Shown: one piece after another, positions 39,419 to 48,744 of the stretch | Layout of the letters: each line of letters begins with the position of its first letter | Position numbering within the stretch: position 1 is the stretch's first letter | Assembly (NCBI GenBank): GCA_016927735.1 | Contig: JAFGMC010000006.1 | Coordinates: forward strand, 43,952 to 107,951 | Reading direction: 5' to 3' | DNA from: Alphaproteobacteria bacterium | GTDB lineage: Bacteria > Pseudomonadota > Alphaproteobacteria > Rs-D84 | DNA length: 64,000 bases | Notes under the pieces: generated by a model | Told to the model about the DNA's origin: nothing | Database searches by the model: none | Seen by the model: the letters and a program-made list of their open reading frames with translations, nothing else | Position numbers and translations under genes: made by a program

Positions 39419-40663
39419 TTATTTATTTTTATATGCCAGAACCAATGGTTCAAATTTATCCAAATATTTTTTATCAATCTTTGATTTTTCAATACGCAGG
39501 CTGTTGTTTTGCCCAGCCGACATTTTTAGTAATTCATCCCCATTTTTATCATTAATAATTTTATCCAAAACAACGATAACTTTTTCCATTGTGTGCGGCA
39601 GAATAAAATTGATTTTATCACCCTGCTTTATTTCGTTACGCAGTTCCATTACAAAATAATCATCTGTGACATTCGTTATAACACCTGCAGCATGATAATC
39701 AGAATCTGAACGCGTGGTTTCATAATCATGCGCGCTGGGACCTAATTTTCCATCAAAGAACGCCGTTGTATATCCACGTGTTTCCAAAACATTCAAATCT
39801 TTCATAAATATTTCAGAATCAAAATTTTCTGGATCATGTGCCCACGCATCAATTGCATTTCTGTATGCGCGAACAACAGTTCCAACATAATATTCACTGC
39901 GGTTGCGACCCTCTATCTTTAATGAATCTGCGCCACTCTCCAGAACATCACGCAAACGTGGCATCAGGCACAAATCTTTACTATTCATAATATACGCGCC
40001 ACGATCATCTTCCTCCAACCCCATTTCCAGACCACTTTCTTTTTCACGCAATACAATATCATATTTCCAACGACATAATTGCGCACAGGCACCACGATTG
40101 GCCGGGCGCCCCGTCACAAAGTTTGACATCAAGCAACGGCCAGAGTAACTCATACACATTGCGCCATGAATAAATATTTCCAGACCAATATCAGGACATT
40201 TTTCACGAATTTGTTTGAATTCTGGGTGTGTCACTTCACGTGCAAGAACGCACAGCGAAGCCCCTGCATTTTGCCAGAACTTTACAGTATCAGCCGAACA
40301 TATATTTGCCTGGGTTGAAATATGAATTGGTATCTTTGGGTGATGCTGCTGGACCCATGTCAAAACACCAGGATCAGCCACAATCAGGGCGTCCGGGGAC
40401 AATTTATTTATAGTTTCAGATACTTGTGGCAACAGTTTGTAATCATTATCGTGTGCAAACAGATTAAACGCCAAATAAACTTTCTTACCATGTTTATGCG
40501 CGAATTCAATTCCCTGCTTCATTTCATCCACAGTTATTTTCGCGCGTGCACGCATAGAAAAACCAGGAATTCCGGCATAAACCGCATCTGCACCATACAG
40601 TATCGCTGTTTTCAATCCGTCCAGTGTTCCCGCTGGTGCCAAAAGTTCTGGTATTTTTTTCAT
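39419..40663 (-). CDS. peptidase U32 family protein
   Basis: N-terminal ELLAPAGTLDGLKTAILYGADAVYAG is the U32 signature region. Confidence 0.8.
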   Translation of the reverse strand: MKKIPELLAPAGTLDGLKTAILYGADAVYAGIPGFSMRARAKITVDEMKQGIEFAHKHGKKVYLAFNLFAHDNDYKLLPQVSETINKLSPDALIVADPGVLTWVQQHHPKIPIHISTQANICSADTVKFWQNAGASLCVLAREVTHPEFKQIREKCPDIGLEIFIHGAMCMSYSGRCLMSNFVTGRPANRGACAQLCRWKYDIVLREKESGLEMGLEEDDRGAYIMNSKDLCLMPRLRDVLESGADSLKIEGRNRSEYYVGTVVRAYRNAIDAWAHDPENFDSEIFMKDLNVLETRGYTTAFFDGKLGPSAHDYETTRSDSDYHAAGVITNVTDDYFVMELRNEIKQGDKINFILPHTMEKVIVVLDKIINDKNGDELLKMSAGQNNSLRIEKSKIDKKYLDKFEPLVLAYKNK

Positions 40664-40787
40664 AATAAAATCTTTTATAAATATATTGGCTATTTTCTAT
40701 TGTTATAATAAAAATGCAAGTATTTTATATTTTTTTGCAAAATCGGCTTGAAATTGAAAAATGAAAAGGTTATAGTATGGGTCGTTC

Positions 40788-40863
40788 GCCGGTTTAGCTC
40801 AGTTGGTAGAGCATCTGATTTGTAATCAGAGGGTCGTTGGTTCAAGTCCGACAACCGGCACCA
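40788..40863 (+). tRNA. tRNA-Thr (TGT)
   Basis: 76 nt GCCGGTTTAGCTCAGTTGGTAGAGC, anticodon loop TTTGTAA, CCA encoded. Confidence 0.85.
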
Positions 40864-40869
40864 TTTTTA

Positions 40870-40896
40870 TTCGCGGTTTATACCGCGTTTTTTATT
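40870..40896 (+). terminator. intrinsic terminator after tRNA-Thr
   Basis: cgcggtttataccgcg plus ttttttattt. Confidence 0.75.
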
Positions 40897-40950
40897 TATA
40901 TTTTTTTATAATAAATTATAATACAATCATAACTACTAAAAGGATATAAA

Positions 40951-41238
40951 ATGAATGATGAAATCAAATATATCTTGGACGATAATTACAGCTCTTTTTC
41001 TGCTTGGTTAAATGGAAAAAAGGTTGGATTTGTGACGTTTATCAGAACTGATGATAACAAGTTCATTCTCGATAATACCCAGGTTGATCCAAAGATGCAG
41101 GGTAAGAATATTGGCGCAGAATTAGTCAAACAGGTCGCAATTCTAGCAAGAAAAGAAAAGAAAAAAATTATCCCTATGTGTCGTTTCGCAAAACTCGTAT
41201 TAATGCGTCATCCAGAATTTAATGATGTTGTAGAATAA
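40951..41238 (+). CDS. small GNAT-family acetyltransferase (YjdJ-like)
   Basis: 95 aa, ...QGKNIGAELVKQVAILARKE... acetyl-CoA-binding motif region. Confidence 0.55.
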   Translation: MNDEIKYILDDNYSSFSAWLNGKKVGFVTFIRTDDNKFILDNTQVDPKMQGKNIGAELVKQVAILARKEKKKIIPMCRFAKLVLMRHPEFNDVVE

Positions 41239-41266
41239 ATATCCCCCAAATGGGGGATATTATTTG
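41238..41266. terminator. terminator hairpin
   Basis: atatcccccaaatgggggatat. Confidence 0.65.
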
Positions 41267-41287
41267 GTTAATTTCCCGGCACAGATT

Positions 41288-41869
41288 TTATAAATTATTG
41301 TTTACAAAATTCCAATCAACCAAATTGTTCAAGAACGCGTCAATAAAATCACCACGTCTGTTTTGATAATCCAAATAATAAGAATGTTCCCAAACATCCA
41401 ATGATAAAACTGGTTTTAAACCGTGTGCAATTGGGGTGTCGGCATTTGAAAATCCCATTATTTTCAATGATCCTTTATCATTCACCAACCATGCCCATCC
41501 ACTGCCGAAAATACCAAGTGCAACAGTTTTAAATTCTTCCATAAATTTTTCACGTGAACCAAATGCTTTGGCAATATTTTCTGGAAAAGTTGAACCATTA
41601 TTCAATGCCATGCTTTGAAAGAAAAATCCATGATTGAAAACCTGGGCAGCATTATTAAAAACCTTTTTGGCATTTGTATCACTGGCAGATTTAACAATTA
41701 TTTCTTGTAAAGATAACTTTTCGTAATCAGTACCAGCAATCAAACCGTTAAGATTTTTTATATAAGTATCCAAATGCTTTCCATGATGAAAATTAATTGT
41801 TGCAGCAGACATGTGTGGTTCCAATGCATTTGGAGCAAAATTCAAGGGGTATTGTTCTAATGAAAACAT
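41288..41869 (-). CDS. sodB: Fe/Mn superoxide dismutase
   Basis: HHGKHLDTY ... DVWEHSYYLDYQN. Confidence 0.9.
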   Translation of the reverse strand: MFSLEQYPLNFAPNALEPHMSAATINFHHGKHLDTYIKNLNGLIAGTDYEKLSLQEIIVKSASDTNAKKVFNNAAQVFNHGFFFQSMALNNGSTFPENIAKAFGSREKFMEEFKTVALGIFGSGWAWLVNDKGSLKIMGFSNADTPIAHGLKPVLSLDVWEHSYYLDYQNRRGDFIDAFLNNLVDWNFVNNNL

Positions 41870-42001
41870 ATGCTTCTCCTTTCTTATGTCAATTAAAATG
41901 TTAGCATAAAATAATGAAACAGCAATTTTAAAATATAAAAAAAATTGTCTTGCTCATTACAGCAATACTTTTATATAATCACCTCAGAAAAGGAGAACTT
42001 T

Positions 42002-42559
42002 ATGAAACTATCTTTATTATCACTTATCGGGACATTATTCTTTGTTGGAACCGCATCTGCTGCGGATATAACCGTTTACCATTCACCAACATGTCCTCAT
42101 TGTCATCATGCACTCAACTTCATCAGTGGTGAGTTGGTTTATGAATATAAAACTATTAATGTAGAAGCTGTAAATGTAATGAATGAACAAAACTTGCCTG
42201 CATTTCAAAGTGCATTGGAAAAATGCAAATTTACAGAAGGTGGTGTTCCACTTATAATTGTAGGCGAAAAATGCTTCCAGGGATATGCACGTGCTCTTGA
42301 CCAAGAATTACGTGACGCAGCTGCTGTTGGATTATCAAAACAAGAAAAAGCCGATGCAGAAGCTAATATAAAAGCATTTAAAGAAAATAGCGAAAAATTC
42401 AAAGCAGAAAATTCAGATCGTAATAATGTAGTCAAAGATATTGATGCCGCTATGCAAAAAAAAACAAATGACAGCTCTTCAATGTATTTCATTATATTGT
42501 TAAGCGCATTGGTTGTTGGTTTGGGATTCATGTTAATAAGAAAAGAAAGGAAGAAATAG
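42002..42559 (+). CDS. exported glutaredoxin/thioredoxin-fold protein (CPHC) with C-terminal membrane anchor
   Basis: Signal peptide, ITVYHSPTCPHCHHA, GVPLIIVGEKCFQGY, C-terminal TM FIILLSALVVGLGFMLI; SD aaaggag. Confidence 0.5.
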   Translation: MKLSLLSLIGTLFFVGTASAADITVYHSPTCPHCHHALNFISGELVYEYKTINVEAVNVMNEQNLPAFQSALEKCKFTEGGVPLIIVGEKCFQGYARALDQELRDAAAVGLSKQEKADAEANIKAFKENSEKFKAENSDRNNVVKDIDAAMQKKTNDSSSMYFIILLSALVVGLGFMLIRKERKK

Positions 42560-42593
42560 TTTTGCAATAACTGTAAACTATCTTATTGTCGCC

Positions 42594-43346
42594 ATGTTTG
42601 ATCTTACCACTCTTGATTATATTTACATTGCCATAGTATTGTCATCCACTGTTTGGGCAACGATTCGTGGTGGAGTATATGAAACCGTGGCGACATTTTC
42701 CTGGATACTAGCCGCTGTTGTCGCCAGGGTCGTATCTCCGATGCTTGATAATGTATTTCAACAATGGTTTGAACTATCGGAATCCACTGTTGGCACATTA
42801 GTATCATCTTACTTTATTGTCTTTTTTGTTATTTTAGTGATATTCGGTCTGATTAATCAAAGACTGCGCGATAGAATACAACAAAGCATGATGAAGGTCA
42901 CAGATCACACCCTTGGGGTAATATTTGGAATCATTCGTGGAATTATAATGATGGGTATTATTTATTGGGGAATGCTTTGGTATTACTCTGATGCTGCCAC
43001 ACTGCCTGATTTTATATCAACATCACGCACCAGACCTGTGATGCAATTAACTGCTGTTAAAATTCAAGAATGGTTCATTCCAGGTACTAATAAATTATTA
43101 GAACGAGATATGACTGGAACACAGGAATCAATAGAAATTTATAATAACTTAATTAATCCTGCGGTTAAATCTGAAAAAGAAGAAATGAAAATTGATTTGG
43201 AAAATAATGGACCAAATGAAAATCCACCTGTGGCAGAACCAGAAACAGGATACAAAAGCTCTGAAAGAACTGCTTTGGAAAATCAATTATTACAAATAGA
43301 AAATGCTGCCAAGGCAGAAGATAAAATTAAAAATCTTGAATTATAA
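42594..43346 (+). CDS. cvpA: CvpA-family membrane protein
   Basis: N-terminal LDYIYIAIVLSSTVWATIRGGVYETVATFSWILAAVVA matches CvpA. Confidence 0.65.
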   Translation: MFDLTTLDYIYIAIVLSSTVWATIRGGVYETVATFSWILAAVVARVVSPMLDNVFQQWFELSESTVGTLVSSYFIVFFVILVIFGLINQRLRDRIQQSMMKVTDHTLGVIFGIIRGIIMMGIIYWGMLWYYSDAATLPDFISTSRTRPVMQLTAVKIQEWFIPGTNKLLERDMTGTQESIEIYNNLINPAVKSEKEEMKIDLENNGPNENPPVAEPETGYKSSERTALENQLLQIENAAKAEDKIKNLEL

Positions 43347-43376
43347 AAAACCGGCAAAATGCCGGTCTTTTTTTAT
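43344..43376. terminator. bidirectional terminator
   Basis: aaaaaa-ccggcaaaatgccgg-tcttttttt. Confidence 0.8.
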
Positions 43377-43385
43377 ATCAAAAGC

Positions 43386-44318
43386 TTATACTATTTTATC
43401 AAACCCTTGTCTTATAATTTCTGCACTTTCTTTTAAACCCTTGGTTTCTGATGTATTCATTTTTGGAATTAATGTATCAATTACACCATCATAACCGATA
43501 ATACGTGGTAGTGATATTGCAACTTCTTCTTTATTAAAACTATCTTTTTTGCTGACTGTTAATATTCTTTTCTCATCGTTTATAATACAACGTAATAAGT
43601 CCGCAACAACCGCACCAATACCATCCCAAGTTGCACCACGACCCTGTATAATCTCGTATGCTGCATTGTGCACACGATATTCTATTGTTTTACGCGCAGC
43701 CGGTGATATCAGAAATCCTATCTGTTCACAAAAATCATCCAATGGTAAATTTCCAATTGTTGTAGCCGACCAATTTAAAACACTGCTGTCGCCATGTTCA
43801 CCCAATACGTACGAATTTATAGAATGGGTAGATATACCCAAATGTCTGGATAATATAATTTTAAATCTGGCAGAATCCAACATAGTACCTGTTCCGATAA
43901 CCCGCGATTCCGGTAATCCAGATAATTCTTGTGCCAACATAACCATAATATCCAAAGGATTTGTCACAATAATTAATATAACGCGATTTTGATCAACATT
44001 TTTCATGACACGTGGTACAATATCGCGAATAACTGCTGAATTTGCTTGCAATAAATCCATACGATTTTGTCCAGGCTTTTGATTTGCACCGGCCGCAATA
44101 ATAACAACCTCGCTACCTTGGATTTCACGATAATCATTAATTGCATTTATTTTTATATCAAAATTAAATGTTGATGCATGTCCCAAATCTTCGGCGGCCG
44201 CGCGTGCACGAATTTCATCCCTATCATACAATACTATTTCGCGAACCAGACCTGTATTTTGAACCGCCGTGGCAACAGCAGAGCCGACAGTACCGACACC
44301 AATAATTGCTATTTTCAT
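43386..44318 (-). CDS. ldh: L-lactate dehydrogenase-type (LDH/MDH family)
   Basis: IIGVGTVGSAVA Rossmann motif; GEHGDSSV and DSARF motifs of the LDH clade. Confidence 0.75.
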   Translation of the reverse strand: MKIAIIGVGTVGSAVATAVQNTGLVREIVLYDRDEIRARAAAEDLGHASTFNFDIKINAINDYREIQGSEVVIIAAGANQKPGQNRMDLLQANSAVIRDIVPRVMKNVDQNRVILIIVTNPLDIMVMLAQELSGLPESRVIGTGTMLDSARFKIILSRHLGISTHSINSYVLGEHGDSSVLNWSATTIGNLPLDDFCEQIGFLISPAARKTIEYRVHNAAYEIIQGRGATWDGIGAVVADLLRCIINDEKRILTVSKKDSFNKEEVAISLPRIIGYDGVIDTLIPKMNTSETKGLKESAEIIRQGFDKIV

Positions 44319-44355
44319 ATTATTATTCCCCTTGAATTCATTATTTTAATTATAC

Positions 44356-44388
44356 CACAAAAAAAGGGGCTTTTTGCCCCTTATTTTA
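44356..44388. terminator. terminator for proS (minus strand), bidirectional
   Basis: aaaaaaa-ggggctttttgcccc-ttatttt. Confidence 0.75.
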
Positions 44389-45825
44389 TTAATACGATTT
44401 TGCAACAAAGACATAACTTGGGTCTTTATCATCTAAACAACGACGACTAATCTTATGTTTTTCCATCAAATCATCGAACTTTTTATCCAAAGTTTGTTCA
44501 TAATTTACCCTGAAAAACCCAATTTTTCCATCTGTAAGATATTTATCCAATTTATTTAAATCCGCAACATCTGTAATTAAAATTTTGTTTCTTTCTTGTA
44601 CAACAGAAAGCATATCTTTTTGAATTGTATTTAATAAATCCGATGCAGAATTTAACAATTCGTCAACGGAAATTGTTTGTTTAGAATCCCGCCCAATATC
44701 ACGACGTGTAATCGTCAAATTATTATTCAACATTTCACGTGCACCAATTTCTATCCGCAATGGGACACCGCGTTTTATCCATTTCCAAATTTTATCTGCA
44801 CTTCGCATATCAGATGTATCCACTAAAACCCTGATACCTTTTGCACGAAGTTTTTCTCCAATTTCTTGAGAAAAATTATTCATAACTAACGTGTCATCAT
44901 CACGAACAATTGGAATTATTACAATCTGGTGTGGTGCAACCATTGGTGGCAATATCAAACCATCATCATCAGAATGAACCATTAACAAACTACCCATCAT
45001 TCTAGTTGATGTTCCCCAACTGGTGGTCCATGCTGTTTCTAATTTACCACTTGTGCCAAGAAATTTTATATTAAAAGATTTTGCAAAGTGTTGGCCCAAA
45101 TCATGACTTGTACCTGCTTGTAGTGCCTTACCATCTTGCATTATTTGTTCCACGGTATAGGTTTTATCTGCACCAGCAAATCTTTCTTCTTCTGTTTTTT
45201 CACCCATTATACTTTCAATAGCTAAAACTTCACGCATATATTCGCCGTATATTTTATGCATTTTACGTGCATCTTCATTTGCTTCTTTATGTGTTGCAAA
45301 AACATTATGACCTTCTTGCCAGTTAAATTCAGATGTACGCAGGAACATACGTGGGCGCATTTCCCAACGCATAACATTTACCCATTGATTCAGTTTAAGT
45401 GGTAAATCACGATGGCTTTGAACCCAACGTGACATTGCATCACCAATGATTGTTTCTGAAGTTGGACGAATAATATAAGGTTCTGTCAGTTTTGAATCTG
45501 GATCTGGTTGTAGTTGTCCATCAATCATTTTTAAACGATGATGTGTGACCACTGCACATTCTTTTGCGAAACCTGCAACATGCTCTGCTTCTTTATTGAA
45601 AAATTCTATTGGTATTAATAATGGAAAATTTGCGTTTTGTACACCCGCAGCTTTAATACGTCTATCCATTTCTTCACGCATCAGTTCCCATATTGCCCAA
45701 CCATATGGCTTAATTGTCATACAGCCGCGTACTGGTGAGTTTTCTGCAAGGTCTGAAGCGACTATTAAACTCTGATACCATTCGCTAAAATTTTCAGATC
45801 TCGTTGGTGTTATTGCTGTCTTCAT
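44389..45825 (-). CDS. proS: prolyl-tRNA synthetase, archaeal/eukaryotic type
   Basis: 478 aa, no editing insertion; C-terminal extension ends in the conserved terminal Tyr (...FVAKSY). Confidence 0.85.
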   Translation of the reverse strand: MKTAITPTRSENFSEWYQSLIVASDLAENSPVRGCMTIKPYGWAIWELMREEMDRRIKAAGVQNANFPLLIPIEFFNKEAEHVAGFAKECAVVTHHRLKMIDGQLQPDPDSKLTEPYIIRPTSETIIGDAMSRWVQSHRDLPLKLNQWVNVMRWEMRPRMFLRTSEFNWQEGHNVFATHKEANEDARKMHKIYGEYMREVLAIESIMGEKTEEERFAGADKTYTVEQIMQDGKALQAGTSHDLGQHFAKSFNIKFLGTSGKLETAWTTSWGTSTRMMGSLLMVHSDDDGLILPPMVAPHQIVIIPIVRDDDTLVMNNFSQEIGEKLRAKGIRVLVDTSDMRSADKIWKWIKRGVPLRIEIGAREMLNNNLTITRRDIGRDSKQTISVDELLNSASDLLNTIQKDMLSVVQERNKILITDVADLNKLDKYLTDGKIGFFRVNYEQTLDKKFDDLMEKHKISRRCLDDKDPSYVFVAKSY

Positions 45826-46646
45826 TTTACTTTATCCTTCAATTCCATATATTTATCCGAAATAATTTTTTGCAGGATTACTGCGATTTCTTTTCTGTTC
45901 ATACCTGTCAAGATTGGGGGCAGCAAAGTTGTAATTTCAACAGTAAATCCGCCCAACATCATTATATGAAAAACCTGACTGAATGCAGAACGTTCACGTG
46001 AACACATTGGTCCCATATCTTGTTTTATATTATCAAAATATGCGAAATGTTCTGCCAGTGTTTCATCATCTATTTTTGTACCATCTCTGTATCTATATAC
46101 TAAAACCATTGGTTGTATTGTTGCATCAGAAGTTTCCATAAAATCAAATAGTGTACTTTTGAAAGCTTTTACATATGCACCATTTGTAGTTGTTCCTTCT
46201 GGAAACAGAAACATTGGATAATTAACTTTTCTCATTTGATCACGAACATTCTTTAATGCATCCATGGCATGCATAGTACGACGATCTACAAAAATCACAC
46301 CAAACTTTTTTGAAACCCAACCAATTAATGGAAACTTTTCTACCTCTTTTTTACCAAAATAACTTCCACCAAAAGCTATTGAAAAAGTTGCCAGTTCAAA
46401 AACAGAAATATGATTTGAAACAACCAGCAAAGGGCGTTTACTGGAAAGCTTTCCATTAACCCTTACCCTGACACCTGTAAAAAACATCAAAATACGCATA
46501 AAGACAGACATATAATCAGCCGCCAGTTTACCCTTGGGTAATAAGAAGATTATTGGTACCTGTGAAATAATAAACAACCAAAACAATGTAAACTTTACAA
46601 TTGCACCAAATGTATTAAAGAAATTTTGACGTCTGATTTTTGCCAT
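45822..46646 (-). CDS. olsA: PlsC-family lyso-lipid O-acyltransferase (OlsA-like)
   Basis: NHxxxxE/D (VVSNHISVFE) and FPEGTTTNG motifs. 4-nt overlap with proS; 14 nt after the olsB-like gene. Confidence 0.6.
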   Translation of the reverse strand: MAKIRRQNFFNTFGAIVKFTLFWLFIISQVPIIFLLPKGKLAADYMSVFMRILMFFTGVRVRVNGKLSSKRPLLVVSNHISVFELATFSIAFGGSYFGKKEVEKFPLIGWVSKKFGVIFVDRRTMHAMDALKNVRDQMRKVNYPMFLFPEGTTTNGAYVKAFKSTLFDFMETSDATIQPMVLVYRYRDGTKIDDETLAEHFAYFDNIKQDMGPMCSRERSAFSQVFHIMMLGGFTVEITTLLPPILTGMNRKEIAVILQKIISDKYMELKDKVK

Positions 46647-46659
46647 AATAATTATTACC

Positions 46660-47625
46660 TTAGTTCATCTGTTCTTCTGCTTTGGGTTCTTTTGGATCTT
46701 CAATAAACTCAACATCTGCAGCATCATCACGCATTAAAAATTGTACAAATGCTCTAAGCATCTTGAATGGACCTGTAACTGGCATCAGCATTATTTTTCC
46801 AAGCGTCTTTATTTTACCATCTTTTAATCCCAGGTGTTCAAAAGCAGTTTCAGATCCAGCAAAATGCTTTTGATAAGCAGCTGTAATATTCTTTGTCTGT
46901 AATGTGACAAATAAATCATAACTATTAAATGGTACATCTAAGAATACCCCTTTGCCAAATGTGGCCCCCATTCGCAAGTATCCTTTTACCAGTGGTGTCA
47001 TTTGTTTACGCGCCAGACTTTCGTCTACAAAGACTTCTGGTAAAATATTCATACGTGAAAGTTTTGGGTTTACACCACTTACAAATTTTTCAGAACAAAC
47101 CGTTGCACGCAATTTTAATGGAGATAAATGATTATAATAAATATAAGAAATAGCATGTGCTGATTCAACAGGATTTTTACCAACCCAGCTTGCCACACCA
47201 AAAATAACAGTTATTTTATTTTTTGCTACATATTCACCCAACCCCAACCACAGCATACGCATAACCAATCCGTTTTCACGATATTCTTTATTAACACATG
47301 CACGGGACATTTCCGCGATATTACCAGACGCTTTTTTAATTTTTGAAATATTGAATTCTGTTTCAGTATAAAATCCACCCATTTTTTCAGCTGCATTGCG
47401 ATCAATTATACGATATGTACCGACCAATTTATCATTATGAAATACACCCATATAATCTGCAAAACGGTCATAAGAATCGTATTCTTCATGTAACTGTTTT
47501 TGTTCTTCTGTGGCTGATGCACCTTCTTCTTCTACAAATATATCATAGCGTAATTGACGAACCTGTTTTCTCTCTGCCGATGTTCTGGTCAGTCTGACCT
47601 CATAATCTCTGACTTTTATAGTCAT
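46660..47625 (-). CDS. olsB: GNAT-type N-acyltransferase, OlsB-like (ornithine lipid synthesis)
   Basis: ...KLVGTYRIIDRN... hemolysin-like GNAT core; start set to MTIKVRDYEV (SD aagga). Adjacent to a PlsC-like gene, as in olsBA operons. Confidence 0.5.
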   Translation of the reverse strand: MTIKVRDYEVRLTRTSAERKQVRQLRYDIFVEEEGASATEEQKQLHEEYDSYDRFADYMGVFHNDKLVGTYRIIDRNAAEKMGGFYTETEFNISKIKKASGNIAEMSRACVNKEYRENGLVMRMLWLGLGEYVAKNKITVIFGVASWVGKNPVESAHAISYIYYNHLSPLKLRATVCSEKFVSGVNPKLSRMNILPEVFVDESLARKQMTPLVKGYLRMGATFGKGVFLDVPFNSYDLFVTLQTKNITAAYQKHFAGSETAFEHLGLKDGKIKTLGKIMLMPVTGPFKMLRAFVQFLMRDDAADVEFIEDPKEPKAEEQMN

Positions 47626-47753
47626 AAATAAATCCTTTTTATATACACACGCCCAGAATATCAAAGAAAAGTTTTGTTATCAATTGTTTTTATTTCTGAA
47701 TTGTTGGAAAATTTTAGTGTTTTAAAATATTAAAATCTAGGTATTTAAAAGAA

Positions 47754-48737
47754 CTATTTCAATTTTTCTGACAGTAAACCAATCGCGATTGCATACCAAT
47801 TAGAATTATTCCATTTCTTAATTCTATAAAAATTAGGATATGTTAAAAACGCCCTGCTGATTTCTGGTACACTGGTATCTGCAACCAGACCTGCAATCAT
47901 TTCTGCTTTTGGGATTTCGGAACCATCGGGATTTGTTATTCCCATTGCAGCCCATTCAGTCAAAGGCTTTTGTACTTTACCTTCCAGTAAAGACGTATCA
48001 AAATCAGCCGGCAGTTTTACTTCGCGTATTATCTTTTCGTGTTTATTCCACCCAAGTTTAGATAGATAATTCCCAGCACTGAACATGGCGTCCCCAACAC
48101 TGTGAATAATATCAATTCTGCCATCGTTATTACCATCCATGCCATATTGTTCCAATGTGGTTGGGATAAATTGAAAATGACCCATTGCACCGGCCCAACT
48201 ACCATATATTTCTGATACTTCTAGTTTGTCTTTATCTGCAGATTTCATCATTGCAAATAATTGATTTGTAAAAAACGTTTCACGACGACCATCATAAATC
48301 AACGTTAAAAAAGCATCTGATAATTTATACTTGGCTTTATATTCACCATAGTTAGATTCCAATCCCCAAAAAGCCATTATAATATGTGGTGGTACACCAT
48401 ATTTTTTATCTACCTTTGATAACAAAGTTGGATATTTTCTACGCATCTTTTTACCAGAAATAATACGTTTTTGGTTCACAACATTATTTAAATATTGATC
48501 GAGTGTTAATTTAAATTCTGATTGATTTTTATCGCTGTTTACTATTGATGGTATAAACACAGAAGGTTGAATAACTTCATTGATTGTATGATTTGAAATT
48601 TTCATTTCAACAGCACGACTTTGAATATCATTAAGGATTGAATTCCATCTATCTAAATCAAAGCTACCCTCGTCTGCAAAGCAAATCGAAGGTAATAAAA
48701 ATAGTACAGAAAAACAGCTTATTAAAAAATTTTTCAT
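47754..48737 (-). CDS. mltB: lytic murein transglycosylase (MltB/Slt35 family)
   Basis: GLESNYGEY..., GSWAGAMGHFQFIPTT, signal peptide. Confidence 0.7.
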   Translation of the reverse strand: MKNFLISCFSVLFLLPSICFADEGSFDLDRWNSILNDIQSRAVEMKISNHTINEVIQPSVFIPSIVNSDKNQSEFKLTLDQYLNNVVNQKRIISGKKMRRKYPTLLSKVDKKYGVPPHIIMAFWGLESNYGEYKAKYKLSDAFLTLIYDGRRETFFTNQLFAMMKSADKDKLEVSEIYGSWAGAMGHFQFIPTTLEQYGMDGNNDGRIDIIHSVGDAMFSAGNYLSKLGWNKHEKIIREVKLPADFDTSLLEGKVQKPLTEWAAMGITNPDGSEIPKAEMIAGLVADTSVPEISRAFLTYPNFYRIKKWNNSNWYAIAIGLLSEKLK

Positions 48738-48744
48738 ATATTAA

